Source of the DNA: an uncultured archaeon
GTDB taxonomy: Archaea > Asgardarchaeota > Thorarchaeia > Thorarchaeales > Thorarchaeaceae
Length of the DNA stretch: 64,000 nt
Direction of reading: 5' to 3'
NCBI GenBank assembly: GCA_964458565.1
Contig: CAYWJO010000001.1
Span: forward strand, 32,001 to 96,000
The notes beneath the pieces were generated by a model. That model was not told the DNA's origin. It saw only the letters and a list, made by a program, of their open reading frames with translations, and did not search any database. A program made the position numbers and the translations under genes. Positions 29,700 through 39,750 of the stretch are shown piece by piece (position 1 is the first letter of the stretch; every line of letters begins with the position of its first letter).

Positions 29700-31733
29700 A
29701 TGCGCGTGAAAACACTTATTGGAATACTGATTTTTGCCAGTCTTATCATTAACATACCGAATGTAGGAGTTGAACCAAGTACATCTTGGCTCCATCCAGA
29801 ATTACCCTCAACAATGGATAGAGGAAAATCTTCCGCTTATACACCGCATGCACCGATTGTAATCACTAATGACACAGATTTTTCCACTCAAGGATGGAGC
29901 GGAAGTGGAACTGAAGAGATACCATATGTAATCGAAAATCTCTCAATTGAAAGTGATAGTTACTGTATCGCGATTTATAATACCAGTGCCAATTTTGAAA
30001 TACGAGATTGCTATCTGCGATCAATATCGGGAGATATGGGAACAGGAATATATTTTGATAATGTGACACAGGGAGCCGTGTTATATTGTGATATATCGTA
30101 TCTGGATTATGGTATACAGGCCGATTATTCCTATAATTGCTCGGTATTCCAAAATTCAATATCATACTGTAAGGGTATAGTTCTTTTTCATAGCCAAGAC
30201 ATCTTTATTGATTCAAATACGTTCTCTAACCAAGGAAACTCGTTCTTTGGATTCTATATGGATCGCATTAACTTTACAAATAACATAATGGTAGAGAACA
30301 TCACAGTTCCAATATCAGGTCTTGATCTGGACTATTCATTGATATATAACAACACAATGAAAGCAACAGGATCAACTTGTATCGGACTTGAGGAATCTGA
30401 TCTGACCAGAATTGAATTGAACAATATCTCCGGAGGAAGTTATGGAATTAAGACGGAATATTGTGGTTGGATAAATATAACCAAGAATATCATCAACAAT
30501 TCGAATGGGATTTACTTCTATCACCAGTTTATGCCAAGAATGGATGGAAACACCATCTTGAATTCTGGTAGTAGACCAATAACAATCAATTTCCCCGATG
30601 AAATACAATTCTATAAATTCCTCAGTTTTACGAATAATACATGGAATGGAAATGACATCTACTTAATTCAGGATGAATACGATTTTGTTCTTAGTGCAGA
30701 TATGGGTTTAGTCATTGTGATTGATTCGCAGTTGGTCACCATATCAAACCAGCATGATGGATACATCGACTGTTACTATTCAACTCTAATAGAGATATCA
30801 GATTGTACCTTCAATACAGGCGGGATTAGGATTGAGGAATCTGAGAATGTTACTATTAGTCACTTACAGATGAACGGAGGATCAGGAATATACCTTCGGA
30901 TATGTTGGTATGTTGACATTATTGAGAACATTATACTAAACACTGATTCAGGTATTAGCTATTATGGAGGATATTATGTAACTGTCAAGAATAACACCAT
31001 AAGAAATTGCACAAACGGCATCAGTACTTTCTATGGTGGATGGTTAAACATTACAAAGAACTTAATCGATTCTTGTGAAACTGGAATAGATCTCGGAAAT
31101 GAATTCAGTACATCTATTGTCGGTAATAGAGTATCAAACTCAACGAATAGATGCATTCGTTTGTATTCTTCAGATGAAGCGACTGTATATCTTAATTCAT
31201 TTGACGGTTTTGCAGAAGGAGTCTTTCTTGATGATCCTGAAGAACCATCAGTTTGGGATAATGGAACAGTGGGTAACTATTGGAGTGACTATGCAGGTAT
31301 AGATGCTAATTCTGATGGTATTGGGGACCAGCCATATATAATCGATACCTCCAACCAAGATAATTATCCATTGATGAGTGATGACTTAGTGCTTGAATAT
31401 CTTGGACGACCAAGTAATGGTGATGAACCCACAACCACACAAATGACTAATCCAACCACTACACCCTCGGTTTCACAAACGAGTAGCACTATAGCGACTA
31501 GTGGCTCTACACCAACTTCATCTGAGTCTTCAGTATCAATATCTATTATAACGTCGACATCTGCTTCGACATCCAGTTCATCTGTCAGCACGTCAAGAAG
31601 CACATCTACATCAACAAAACCCAGTTCTAATACTGCACAAACAAATCCAATTGATACTTTCTCAGTGATATTGATTGCAGGTGGAGCTGTATTAGTGATT
31701 GTTATAATCGTTATAATGAAGAAAAGAACATAA
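29700..31733 (+). CDS. Surface protein with parallel beta-helix (NosD/CASH-like) repeats, Ser/Thr-rich linker and C-terminal TM anchor
   Basis: Signal peptide, GSGT...PYVIEN, GNYWSDY.G.D...DGIGD.PY...DNYPL, S/T tract, hydrophobic tail ending KKRT. Confidence 0.88.
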   Translation: MRVKTLIGILIFASLIINIPNVGVEPSTSWLHPELPSTMDRGKSSAYTPHAPIVITNDTDFSTQGWSGSGTEEIPYVIENLSIESDSYCIAIYNTSANFEIRDCYLRSISGDMGTGIYFDNVTQGAVLYCDISYLDYGIQADYSYNCSVFQNSISYCKGIVLFHSQDIFIDSNTFSNQGNSFFGFYMDRINFTNNIMVENITVPISGLDLDYSLIYNNTMKATGSTCIGLEESDLTRIELNNISGGSYGIKTEYCGWINITKNIINNSNGIYFYHQFMPRMDGNTILNSGSRPITINFPDEIQFYKFLSFTNNTWNGNDIYLIQDEYDFVLSADMGLVIVIDSQLVTISNQHDGYIDCYYSTLIEISDCTFNTGGIRIEESENVTISHLQMNGGSGIYLRICWYVDIIENIILNTDSGISYYGGYYVTVKNNTIRNCTNGISTFYGGWLNITKNLIDSCETGIDLGNEFSTSIVGNRVSNSTNRCIRLYSSDEATVYLNSFDGFAEGVFLDDPEEPSVWDNGTVGNYWSDYAGIDANSDGIGDQPYIIDTSNQDNYPLMSDDLVLEYLGRPSNGDEPTTTQMTNPTTTPSVSQTSSTIATSGSTPTSSESSVSISIITSTSASTSSSSVSTSRSTSTSTKPSSNTAQTNPIDTFSVILIAGGAVLVIVIIVIMKKRT

Positions 31734-31858
31734 TCTATAGAACCCGAATTAGTGGCCAAATTCAACAATCAGAATGATGTCTTTGTGTTCTTTTCCAGCC
31801 ACACCCTCCTTTTTTTTCTATACACAAAGTTCGAGAGAGTAAAACAATGAAGAAGAAT

Positions 31859-32527
31859 TCATTTCAGTAATTTCTTGAGCCGCAGTTTTTCATCAGGTTC
31901 AAGAAATCGATATCCGTCCATCTTTTCAATGGGTACATCAAGTGCCGGGCCAATACATTTCGCATGATGCCATCGATATGTTAGATGGTCTTCGTATAAG
32001 TAGGGTTCACCAATTCTGAAACGTCCCTCATCAATGATCTTACCACAAGTCCTACACTTTGACCGTCCGGATTTTGCAGCTTCGATTTTCCATACTGGTT
32101 CAGGTTCCTTCTCAGGGTCCTTCAAGGCATCCAAAAAATCGATTGGTTTGTGCTTGACCATCTTAGATGTCAACTTCAAAACGAATGAGTCATACTCACT
32201 CGGTTTGAACAGGATTTCAATATCTCCATTTTTCAAAAGATCTTTCGTAGACATTGCAGGAGGCCACTGTGCCTTGGTCTTCATATACTCCAACATTTGC
32301 ATGCTCAGAATCCGATTTGCTTCCTTTTTGGGAATCTCTCTCACTCCACTAGATTCTGCAATCCCAAACGAGGTATCCACATATTTTATGCCTTCGTCTG
32401 TCACGCCTCTAGTCTTTGTCAAGACGATACTACCAATGGGAATGGTTTTTTGGTGTTTCTTGAGTTTCAACGACTTCTGGTCAATCCAGTATGCCCATTC
32501 GGAATCATAATCTATTCTTTCACTCAA
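31859..32527 (-). CDS. Protein with C-terminal PARP-type zinc finger
   Basis: IEAAKSGRSKCRTC...I.....RIG...WHHAKC matches the zf-PARP CxxC..HxxC signature. Confidence 0.85.
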   Translation of the reverse strand: MSERIDYDSEWAYWIDQKSLKLKKHQKTIPIGSIVLTKTRGVTDEGIKYVDTSFGIAESSGVREIPKKEANRILSMQMLEYMKTKAQWPPAMSTKDLLKNGDIEILFKPSEYDSFVLKLTSKMVKHKPIDFLDALKDPEKEPEPVWKIEAAKSGRSKCRTCGKIIDEGRFRIGEPYLYEDHLTYRWHHAKCIGPALDVPIEKMDGYRFLEPDEKLRLKKLLK

Positions 32528-32570
32528 TGCGATTCACTCGGTCTATTAGACTGTAGTAAAACAGTAGAAT

Positions 32571-32987
32571 CTATTTTTCTAACAGAGTACGAAAGATATT
32601 GTGATGGTCCTCTTCATCAAGTAGTATGCCTTCGAATAGTTTTTTTGTAACATAGTCCTTTTCTTCAAGCGCTTTTTCTATGATACTCTTATAGAAGTCG
32701 ATTGTTTCTTCTTCAGCCATCATATCATTAGTAATCATTTGATCAGGTGTGTCACCAACGGTGATTTTTGCAGGATTAGTTGTAGGAATCCCTCCAAGAT
32801 AATCTACTCTTTCAGCGATACTCTCAGCATGCTTCATCTCTTCTATTGCAACTTTTTTCAATTCTTCTGCAATAGCGAGATGATCAAAACCATAAATCCG
32901 AACATGTTGCCACATGTACTGGATACTGACTTGGATTTCCAGGCTTATTGCTTTGTTTAACATCTCAATCAGTTGTTTAGAAACCAA
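32571..32987 (-). CDS. Ferritin-like/bacterioferritin-family protein
   Basis: E....QY, EEMKHAE.IAER..YLGG.P, E, DEEDH diiron ligands. Confidence 0.9.
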   Translation of the reverse strand: MVSKQLIEMLNKAISLEIQVSIQYMWQHVRIYGFDHLAIAEELKKVAIEEMKHAESIAERVDYLGGIPTTNPAKITVGDTPDQMITNDMMAEEETIDFYKSIIEKALEEKDYVTKKLFEGILLDEEDHHNIFRTLLEK

Positions 32988-33106
32988 CGCTAAACCTCCA
33001 TCGATGCATTATGTCACCCTTTCTTTATTAAATCAGCTATCTTTGTTTTGTAAAAATCACTCTCAGTACTCGGTCAACCGATGAGAGCGATGGATAGAAA
33101 TGAATC

Positions 33107-34759
33107 CTAGATCTTTGAGCGATATTTACGACGTAAGGTAGGTGATATCTCTGGACTGACGAAATCAGGATCCTCTGATTTATCGATGGATGGTTCATCC
33201 ATAGAATCATCTCTCATCAAAGATGATATCCGGTATCTCCAGAAGATGATGTAACATACAATGAATATTGACAATGCGAAGACTAAACCGATTACCATAT
33301 GAGTTGGACTCAGAAATGAAAGATCAGGCCCATCCTCTGCAATGGAGGCTGGTACTATCTTGAATCCTTCGTTGAGATAATTGATGAGTGTATGAGCAGC
33401 AATTGGTCCCATTAGACTTTTCTCTTCAGAGAACTTGACATACCACACACTGAACAGACCACCTAATATTCCACTGAAGGCGACCTTTACAAAAGCCTCA
33501 CTTGCTGGAAAAATACCCGTTTTCACAAAATCTTGAATAGGCCATGCAATATGCCAGAATCCAAAGATAATTGCCGCAGCAACTATAGCTCTATTGATTC
33601 CAAAACGCTCTTTGAAACCATGATATGTGAGACCGCGAAAATAGGTCTCTTCAAAGATCGCATTGATGAAGAATAATGCGAAATTGTATACAATGAGAAA
33701 GGAATCCATCGCAATAGTGAATTGAGCAGCGACACTAGAATCTAATAGTCCTGTATAGATGACAGTTGAAACAATATTCACCAGGAAGTACTCAAAAACA
33801 GCGAAGCATATTCCTATCAATACTAATGCTCTCAAATGGAATGTGGTCAATCCTAGTACAGGTTCGAATTCGTGATGCCGTAGATACCAGAAGATACCAA
33901 GGAGAACTAAAACCGAGAGGATCTTACTAGGCATGACATTGATTACGGTCTCATCGACATTCCAGATGTAGATGTCAATCTCACGAAAGATATAGAATAC
34001 CGGCAAAAGGAGAAGTGCTAGTGAAAGAAGACTACTACTTGCTACGCGATTCTTTACTCTAGAGACAGAAGAATCTAGGGTTTCGGACGGCCTTACTGTC
34101 TTTTGTCTTCTAAACCAAGGATTACTTAGCGCCAGCCCTGCAATCACAGTGGATACGCCGCGAATAATATGAGCGATGAATGCAAGCCCTTGTGTCTGGA
34201 GCGGAATAAGCACTAATTGACTAATTATCATGAGGACCATTGAGAAAACCATGATATCACTGCGAACTTCTTTGAGACGTCCCGTTCTCCAAGTGACAGC
34301 AAACATAGCTGTCAAAGCTAAAATAACTATCAAAACAAGGACTATGATTAGTGTCATGATAATTTGCTCAGAAGGACCAAATGTACTGACAGAGATGGCA
34401 TAGAGAGATTCTCCTAAAAGAATCTGGCGATGTCTATGTTTGATACGATATGCCCAGATATCTAACAGAACGATAGACATTGGAAATACGCTCAACCACA
34501 CCGAAAATGCTCTGATTTTGAAGATTTCAAGTGTATTGGGAATTAATCCCTGACTTATCGAGAAAAGAATGATTGGATTAATTGCAGCAAACAGAAAGGA
34601 TAATCCAAAGGCAAGCGGGAGATCTGTGGATAGACGATTTTCTTGCCGTTTCCAAAGTAAAAGCAAGTAAGCTCCAACAATAATGCTAACGATTATTGAA
34701 ACCAAGTTAGCAGCATCACCAAGAAGATAATCAAGGCCGATTTGTAGCAAATTCTTCAC
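33107..34759 (-). CDS. Multi-TM domain fused to CPBP (CAAX/Rce1/Abi) intramembrane protease
   Basis: EETYFRG, FGFWH, AHTLIN motifs in the C-half; about 7 TM segments in the N-half. Confidence 0.82.
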   Translation of the reverse strand: MKNLLQIGLDYLLGDAANLVSIIVSIIVGAYLLLLWKRQENRLSTDLPLAFGLSFLFAAINPIILFSISQGLIPNTLEIFKIRAFSVWLSVFPMSIVLLDIWAYRIKHRHRQILLGESLYAISVSTFGPSEQIIMTLIIVLVLIVILALTAMFAVTWRTGRLKEVRSDIMVFSMVLMIISQLVLIPLQTQGLAFIAHIIRGVSTVIAGLALSNPWFRRQKTVRPSETLDSSVSRVKNRVASSSLLSLALLLLPVFYIFREIDIYIWNVDETVINVMPSKILSVLVLLGIFWYLRHHEFEPVLGLTTFHLRALVLIGICFAVFEYFLVNIVSTVIYTGLLDSSVAAQFTIAMDSFLIVYNFALFFINAIFEETYFRGLTYHGFKERFGINRAIVAAAIIFGFWHIAWPIQDFVKTGIFPASEAFVKVAFSGILGGLFSVWYVKFSEEKSLMGPIAAHTLINYLNEGFKIVPASIAEDGPDLSFLSPTHMVIGLVFALSIFIVCYIIFWRYRISSLMRDDSMDEPSIDKSEDPDFVSPEISPTLRRKYRSKI

Positions 34760-34906
34760 ATACCTGTTTATTCAAACTACACTTCCGTCGTTTTCTTCGG
34801 TATTAAACACCACAAAAACTCGGAAAATTAAGGAGGGGTTAATAGGCGCAGGAATTATATGAAGGTACGAACATCTAGTTTCTTGTATAAATTAGGAGGA
34901 TAACAA

Positions 34907-35344
34907 GTGGCAGAAATACCCACACCAACTGGTTACTCATCTCAAGCGAAATCTAGACCACTAGGTATAACAATTCTAGCAATCCTCATGATTCTGGGAG
35001 GTCTTCTAAACCTCATGGGAATCAGCGGATCATTCTACTATACGCCCGTATATGGAATTTACACCGCAGTATCAGGCGTGCTAGGACTTATACTTGGAAT
35101 TGCTATGTGGCAATTGATTCCATGGGCTAGAAAGGCTGCAATACTCTGGTATATAATCAGTTTACTCATATCAGCAGTTCTGGTTTTTTACCTCGGAGCA
35201 ATCATCGATACAATATTGCCAGGTCTTGGGACGATGACAGCTATGATTTCAATAATACCCTCACTAGTGATAGGTTTAATCATCATCCTCTACCTCAATT
35301 CAGGTGGAGTGAAGGCGGCGTTTCAGGAAGTAGGTGGCTGGTAG
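34907..35344 (+). CDS. Hypothetical 4-TM membrane protein
   Basis: SD AGGAGG; RPLGITILAIL start; hydrophobic segments. Confidence 0.75.
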   Translation: MAEIPTPTGYSSQAKSRPLGITILAILMILGGLLNLMGISGSFYYTPVYGIYTAVSGVLGLILGIAMWQLIPWARKAAILWYIISLLISAVLVFYLGAIIDTILPGLGTMTAMISIIPSLVIGLIIILYLNSGGVKAAFQEVGGW

Positions 35345-35366
35345 AGTCTAAATATTGAACAATATT

Positions 35367-35399
35367 GAGGGGTCAGTGACCCCTCGAAGTTTTTTTTTT
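35367..35399 (+). terminator. Inverted repeat plus T10 tract
   Basis: GAGGGGTCA-g-TGACCCCTC then T run 35390-35399. Confidence 0.75.
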
Positions 35400-35473
35400 A
35401 ACCCGAATGAGATTAATAGTGGATAGTAAAATAGATACTCAATTAACATAATGTAAGAATTGGGGGATTAACG

Positions 35474-35959
35474 TTGTATTCAGAGCAATTCGAGATTCCT
35501 AATGCAAGCATGGAAGAAGTAAAGGACAGAGTAAAATATTGGCTCTCTTCGTTTCAAGGCGCAGAATATCTAATGGAAGTTGTATCTGAGAGACACGTAA
35601 AGATATCCAAAACAAAACATGACCTAAAGATATGTGCGTATGGTTGTATTGTCTACATTATATCAATAGCAGCACTGCCATTCATTGTATTTCCTATGGT
35701 TACGTCCCCTGCTACAGCTCTAACCATGATCTTCACCTACATGCTCGTAATCCTCTTGGTATTGCCAATATTCATTGGATTATTTTGTTTGAAACCCAAT
35801 AAGGCAGAATTTGATGTCAGATTCAGTATGGAATACCCGATTAGAGTGATGATTGTGGCATCCGGAAATATGTTGAAGGATTCCATGTATGATTATGATG
35901 GCTTTAAGGAGGCACTCAATCCAAGCGGGTTTGTTGGAGGACCCGGACTCTCATCCTAG
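35474..35959 (+). CDS. Hypothetical 2-TM membrane protein
   Basis: ORF with two central hydrophobic helices. Confidence 0.65.
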   Translation: MYSEQFEIPNASMEEVKDRVKYWLSSFQGAEYLMEVVSERHVKISKTKHDLKICAYGCIVYIISIAALPFIVFPMVTSPATALTMIFTYMLVILLVLPIFIGLFCLKPNKAEFDVRFSMEYPIRVMIVASGNMLKDSMYDYDGFKEALNPSGFVGGPGLSS

Positions 35960-36069
35960 ATGTTCATTACATTCCTCAACAGGTAGTACAGAAGAAATAT
36001 AAAACAAACAAATTCTCCGCATGCAGTACTCACTGGACTATGATTGTAAATTGTTGGAGATTTAGATAG

Positions 36070-36660
36070 ATGAGTGAATCAAGAAATGTCGTAATTGTCA
36101 CTGGGATCCCCGGTGTTGGTAAGACAACTGTCATAAACACAGCTGTAGATATGGTAAAGAAAGAACAGGGGGAGGATGTTCTTGTCCTAAACTTTGGAAC
36201 GGAGATGTTTGAAGTAGCATTGGAAAAGGGATTTGTGACAGATCGGGACCAGCTTCGCAAGATGCCTACTGCTAAGCAGCGGGATGTGCAGAAGATGGCA
36301 GGTGAAAGTATTGCAGAGAAAGCAAAATCTGCAAGAGTCATTGTTGATACTCATACACTTATCCAGACAGAAAATGGGTTTCTCATTGGTCTTCCGGAGT
36401 GGGTTGTACGTGCGATTTCTCCTAAGACAGTAGTATTGGTAGAAGCAGACCCAGCTAATATAGCAAATCGAAGATCAACAGATGAAACACGTACAAGGGA
36501 TGAACAGCTGACCGAAGATATAAGAACCCATCAAGAGATGTGTAGAGGTGCTGCAGTCACAGTTGGTACTCTTACAGGTTCAACAGCAAGAATAATCAAG
36601 AACCGTGATGGTCAAGTAGAGGAAGCTGCAAGACAATTAGCAGACACTTTGAAGGAGTGA
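36070..36660 (+). CDS. adkA: Archaeal adenylate kinase
   Basis: TGIPGVGKTT, NFGT.M, RDQLRK, VDTH, GLP.WV. Confidence 0.96.
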   Translation: MSESRNVVIVTGIPGVGKTTVINTAVDMVKKEQGEDVLVLNFGTEMFEVALEKGFVTDRDQLRKMPTAKQRDVQKMAGESIAEKAKSARVIVDTHTLIQTENGFLIGLPEWVVRAISPKTVVLVEADPANIANRRSTDETRTRDEQLTEDIRTHQEMCRGAAVTVGTLTGSTARIIKNRDGQVEEAARQLADTLKE

Positions 36661-36664
36661 AATA

Positions 36665-37210
36665 TTGGTGCAAGATCTGATTGCGAATTTCGTTGAATTA
36701 ATGAGATGGCCTCCTTTCGCAGGCTTCTTTGTAGTCTTTGTGTCTGTTTCAATATCGTCAATGAGCAATCTTGCTATGAAACGCTTTGCTGATATGAGAA
36801 GACTTCGACGATATCAAACTGAGATAAAGCAGTATCAAGAGATGCAAAAGAAGGCTCAAGAGAGCCAGAATGAAAAGCTCTTGAGAAAAGTAAAGCGTAG
36901 AAAGGCATACATCGATCGAATACAGAGAGAGATGATGACAACACGCTGCAAACCACAGATTATTTTCATTATCCCATTTATGCTGATATTCGCTTTACTC
37001 AGGGGACTATATACTGGAGCTGATGGAATAAGTCAAATCATTGTAGCTGTTATTCCGTTTAATCTCCATAATCTTATCCCACTTCAAAGCTTCGGTCTTG
37101 GAGTTATTGTTCCGGGAGGATTCGGTCTTTATTTCTGGCCATTCTATTTCCTTGCTGGACTAGGACTCTCGTCTATACTGCAGAGAATTATGGGAACGCA
37201 GATAATGTAG
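36665..37210 (+). CDS. DUF106 / EMC3-TMCO1 (Oxa1 superfamily) membrane insertase
   Basis: TM-coiled coil-TM layout, KP..I..IPF, W.FY; conserved position between adk and L34e. Confidence 0.88.
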   Translation: MVQDLIANFVELMRWPPFAGFFVVFVSVSISSMSNLAMKRFADMRRLRRYQTEIKQYQEMQKKAQESQNEKLLRKVKRRKAYIDRIQREMMTTRCKPQIIFIIPFMLIFALLRGLYTGADGISQIIVAVIPFNLHNLIPLQSFGLGVIVPGGFGLYFWPFYFLAGLGLSSILQRIMGTQIM

Positions 37211-37290
37211 ATAAGCTGAAAGCGTTCAACCGCTCGCCTTTTAAGGGCAAGCCATAGGGACCTTTGAGAGAATACGTGAAGGTGCAATAT

Positions 37291-37566
37291 ATGCCAAGAC
37301 CTGGTCAATTAACAAGAAGTAGGGCAAATCGCACAGTGAAAACTCCAGGTGGAAGAACAACGGTCCATCGTAGAAAGATCTACACAACTCAAGGAACATG
37401 TGCAATCTCAGGTGCTAAGTTACAATTACCAAGAAGCGCTAATCAAGAACTTCGAATGACTTCTAGCCATTCAGCAAGAAGACCAAACCGTCCATACGGT
37501 GGATATGCTTCATCAAAAGCTACACGTCGAAGCATTATCAGAGCTACAAGAAAGCTGCACAAGTAA
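37291..37566 (+). CDS. rpl34e: 50S ribosomal protein L34e (divergent)
   Basis: MPRP, KTPGG, RRPNRPYGG; operon position. Confidence 0.9.
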   Translation: MPRPGQLTRSRANRTVKTPGGRTTVHRRKIYTTQGTCAISGAKLQLPRSANQELRMTSSHSARRPNRPYGGYASSKATRRSIIRATRKLHK

Positions 37567-37643
37567 TGCCATGACATTTATACGATGCTCTTTAGAGAAG
37601 TAAAGTACATTAATTGGCAGAGAGAGCAACATAGGCGACTGAT

Positions 37644-38180
37644 ATGAAACACGTGATAACCCTTGGCGGGTTGCATGGGACAGGCAAGAGCTCAGTTGCT
37701 GATAAAATTGCTCGAGAGTTCAACTTGCGAAGAACATCTGCAGGAATGATATTCAGGCAGATGGCAAAAGATAGAGGAATGACATTACAAGAATTTAGTG
37801 AATTTGCAGAGGAGAATGAAGATATTGACAGAGAACTTGATTCTACTCTTGCACGCGAAGCTGAGAAAGGTAAGATTGTTATTGACGGACAATTAGCAGC
37901 ATGGATGGCGAAAGACAATGCTGATTTTAGAATCATGTTGACTGCTCCTGAGAATGTGAGAGTCAGACGGATCGCTGAAAGAGATAGTGTTGATTTTGAG
38001 TTTGCAAGAAATGAAACATTGAACCGTGAGGAAAGCGAGAGAGCTAGATATATGGAATACTATCAGGTCGATATCACGGATTTGTCGATTTACGATCTTA
38101 TTATAAATACGGACAAATTCGCACTTGATGATGTTATAGAAATCATCTTTACTGCTGTTCGAATTCTTTGGAAAGCATAA
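37644..38180 (+). CDS. cmk: Cytidylate kinase (archaeal)
   Basis: GLHGTGKSS, SAG.IFR.MA, RVRRIAER, YDLIINT. Confidence 0.95.
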   Translation: MKHVITLGGLHGTGKSSVADKIAREFNLRRTSAGMIFRQMAKDRGMTLQEFSEFAEENEDIDRELDSTLAREAEKGKIVIDGQLAAWMAKDNADFRIMLTAPENVRVRRIAERDSVDFEFARNETLNREESERARYMEYYQVDITDLSIYDLIINTDKFALDDVIEIIFTAVRILWKA

Positions 38181-38309
38181 AGGGAGCAAGCGTAACGCTC
38201 ATATTGAGATTCTATTGTGCTTGGAACAATACTCCCTAACCAGAGGAATGGTATTCTGAGGCGACTTAGAGTAATCAGTTTGACCATGGGAAGGCGAGGT
38301 GTAGATAAC

Positions 38310-38585
38310 ATGAAGTTATATGAAACTGGAAGAGTCTGTGTAAAGACAACAGGCCGTGAAACAGGTAGCTACTGCGTCATAGTAGGAGAGAAGGATGGAA
38401 GCTTTGTAGAAATCACTGGTCCAAAGCATATAAGTGGAGTAAGGAGACGGCCCTGTAATATCCGTCATCTTGAACCACTAGAGATTAAGATTGAGATATC
38501 CAGTGGTGCTGATGATGATGCAGTACTTAAGGCTCTTGAAAATGCGGGATTGATTGAGAAATTCAGGTCAAAGGTCAGACTCTGA
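38310..38585 (+). CDS. rpl14e: 50S ribosomal protein L14e
   Basis: GRVCVKT.GRE.G..CVIV, GV.RR.CNI.HLEP. Confidence 0.95.
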   Translation: MKLYETGRVCVKTTGRETGSYCVIVGEKDGSFVEITGPKHISGVRRRPCNIRHLEPLEIKIEISSGADDDAVLKALENAGLIEKFRSKVRL

Positions 38586-38609
38586 TAACCCTGTTTCTGA
38601 GGTGGTTAA

Positions 38610-39617
38610 ATGCTAGGGCGATTGCCTGCAGATCGACCCGATGACACAATTGTCTTAGTAAGTGATACGACAACTAATCCCGATTTCGGGTTTTCTGATC
38701 TTGATTCATTACCAATACAATATCTACTCAGAAATGGCGTGATATGTCTCGACAAACCAGCAGGACCAACAAGCCATGAAGTTGCGACATGGGTGAGAAA
38801 AATCCTGAAGTCTGATCGCGTCGGTCATGGAGGGACTCTTGATCCTGCTGTGACTGGAATATTACCAATGGGTATTGGAGATGGGACGAAGGTTATGCAG
38901 GCGTTATTACCAGCAGGCAAGGTGTACGTTTGCTTAATGGAGCTTCATGGTCCAGCAGATGAGTCAGATCTAAGGAGCGTAATTGCTGAATTTGTGGGAA
39001 AAATCTATCAAAAGCCCCCACTTCGATCGGCCGTCAAGCGTGTTCTTCGGGTCAGGGAAATTTACTATATTGATATTCTTGAAATTAAAGGTAGATTTGT
39101 ATTATTTAATGTTGGATGTCAGGCAGGTACATACATCCGGAAACTCTGCTTCGATATCGGAGAGGCAATTGGCCAAGGAGCGCATATGAGAGAACTACGA
39201 CGAACACGAGTTGGTAATTTCTTAGAAGATGAACATCTGTGTTCGTTGTATGATTTGAAGGATGCGTATGAGTTCTATATTGAGGATGGAGACGAAACAG
39301 AATTACGTAGATACCTTCTGCCAATAGAATTCGCATTGAAGCATCTCCCTATCATGAAACTTCGGGATTCTGCAGTAGATGCAATCTGTCATGGTGCAGA
39401 TCTTGCGGCTAGCGGTGTTGTGGAAATCTCTTCAGATATTATGAAAGGAGACCTCGTAGCTTTGAAAACCCTCAAAAATGAGGGGATAGCTATTGCGCGG
39501 AGTGAGCATCCAGCTTCCAAGATTTCCACGATGAGGAGCGGGATTGTAGCTAAGATTGAACGCGTGTTCATGGAAAGAGGACGATATCCACCTATGTGGA
39601 AAAAGAAAGAGGCGTAA
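38610..39617 (+). CDS. cbf5: H/ACA RNA-guided pseudouridine synthase Cbf5
   Basis: DKP.GPTSHEV, GHGGTLDP, GTYIRKLC, PUA domain, YP.MWK. Confidence 0.97.
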   Translation: MLGRLPADRPDDTIVLVSDTTTNPDFGFSDLDSLPIQYLLRNGVICLDKPAGPTSHEVATWVRKILKSDRVGHGGTLDPAVTGILPMGIGDGTKVMQALLPAGKVYVCLMELHGPADESDLRSVIAEFVGKIYQKPPLRSAVKRVLRVREIYYIDILEIKGRFVLFNVGCQAGTYIRKLCFDIGEAIGQGAHMRELRRTRVGNFLEDEHLCSLYDLKDAYEFYIEDGDETELRRYLLPIEFALKHLPIMKLRDSAVDAICHGADLAASGVVEISSDIMKGDLVALKTLKNEGIAIARSEHPASKISTMRSGIVAKIERVFMERGRYPPMWKKKEA

Positions 39618-39663
39618 TTTGAAGCACAAGAGATTATTTATAGAAAAATAGTAATGAATTGAT

Positions 39664-39750
39664 GGCTCTGGAGCAGAAGCGCAACTGACGGTACTCATCT
39701 TTAGATGAGAGCTGAGGAAACTCCCGACTACTTGTCGACGCTGGTCCTGT
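39664..39750 (+). repeat. Degenerate partial copy of the RNase P RNA 5' end
   Basis: gcaactgacggtactcatcttt.gatgagagctgaggaa.ctcccgact nearly identical to 40117-40165. Confidence 0.85.
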
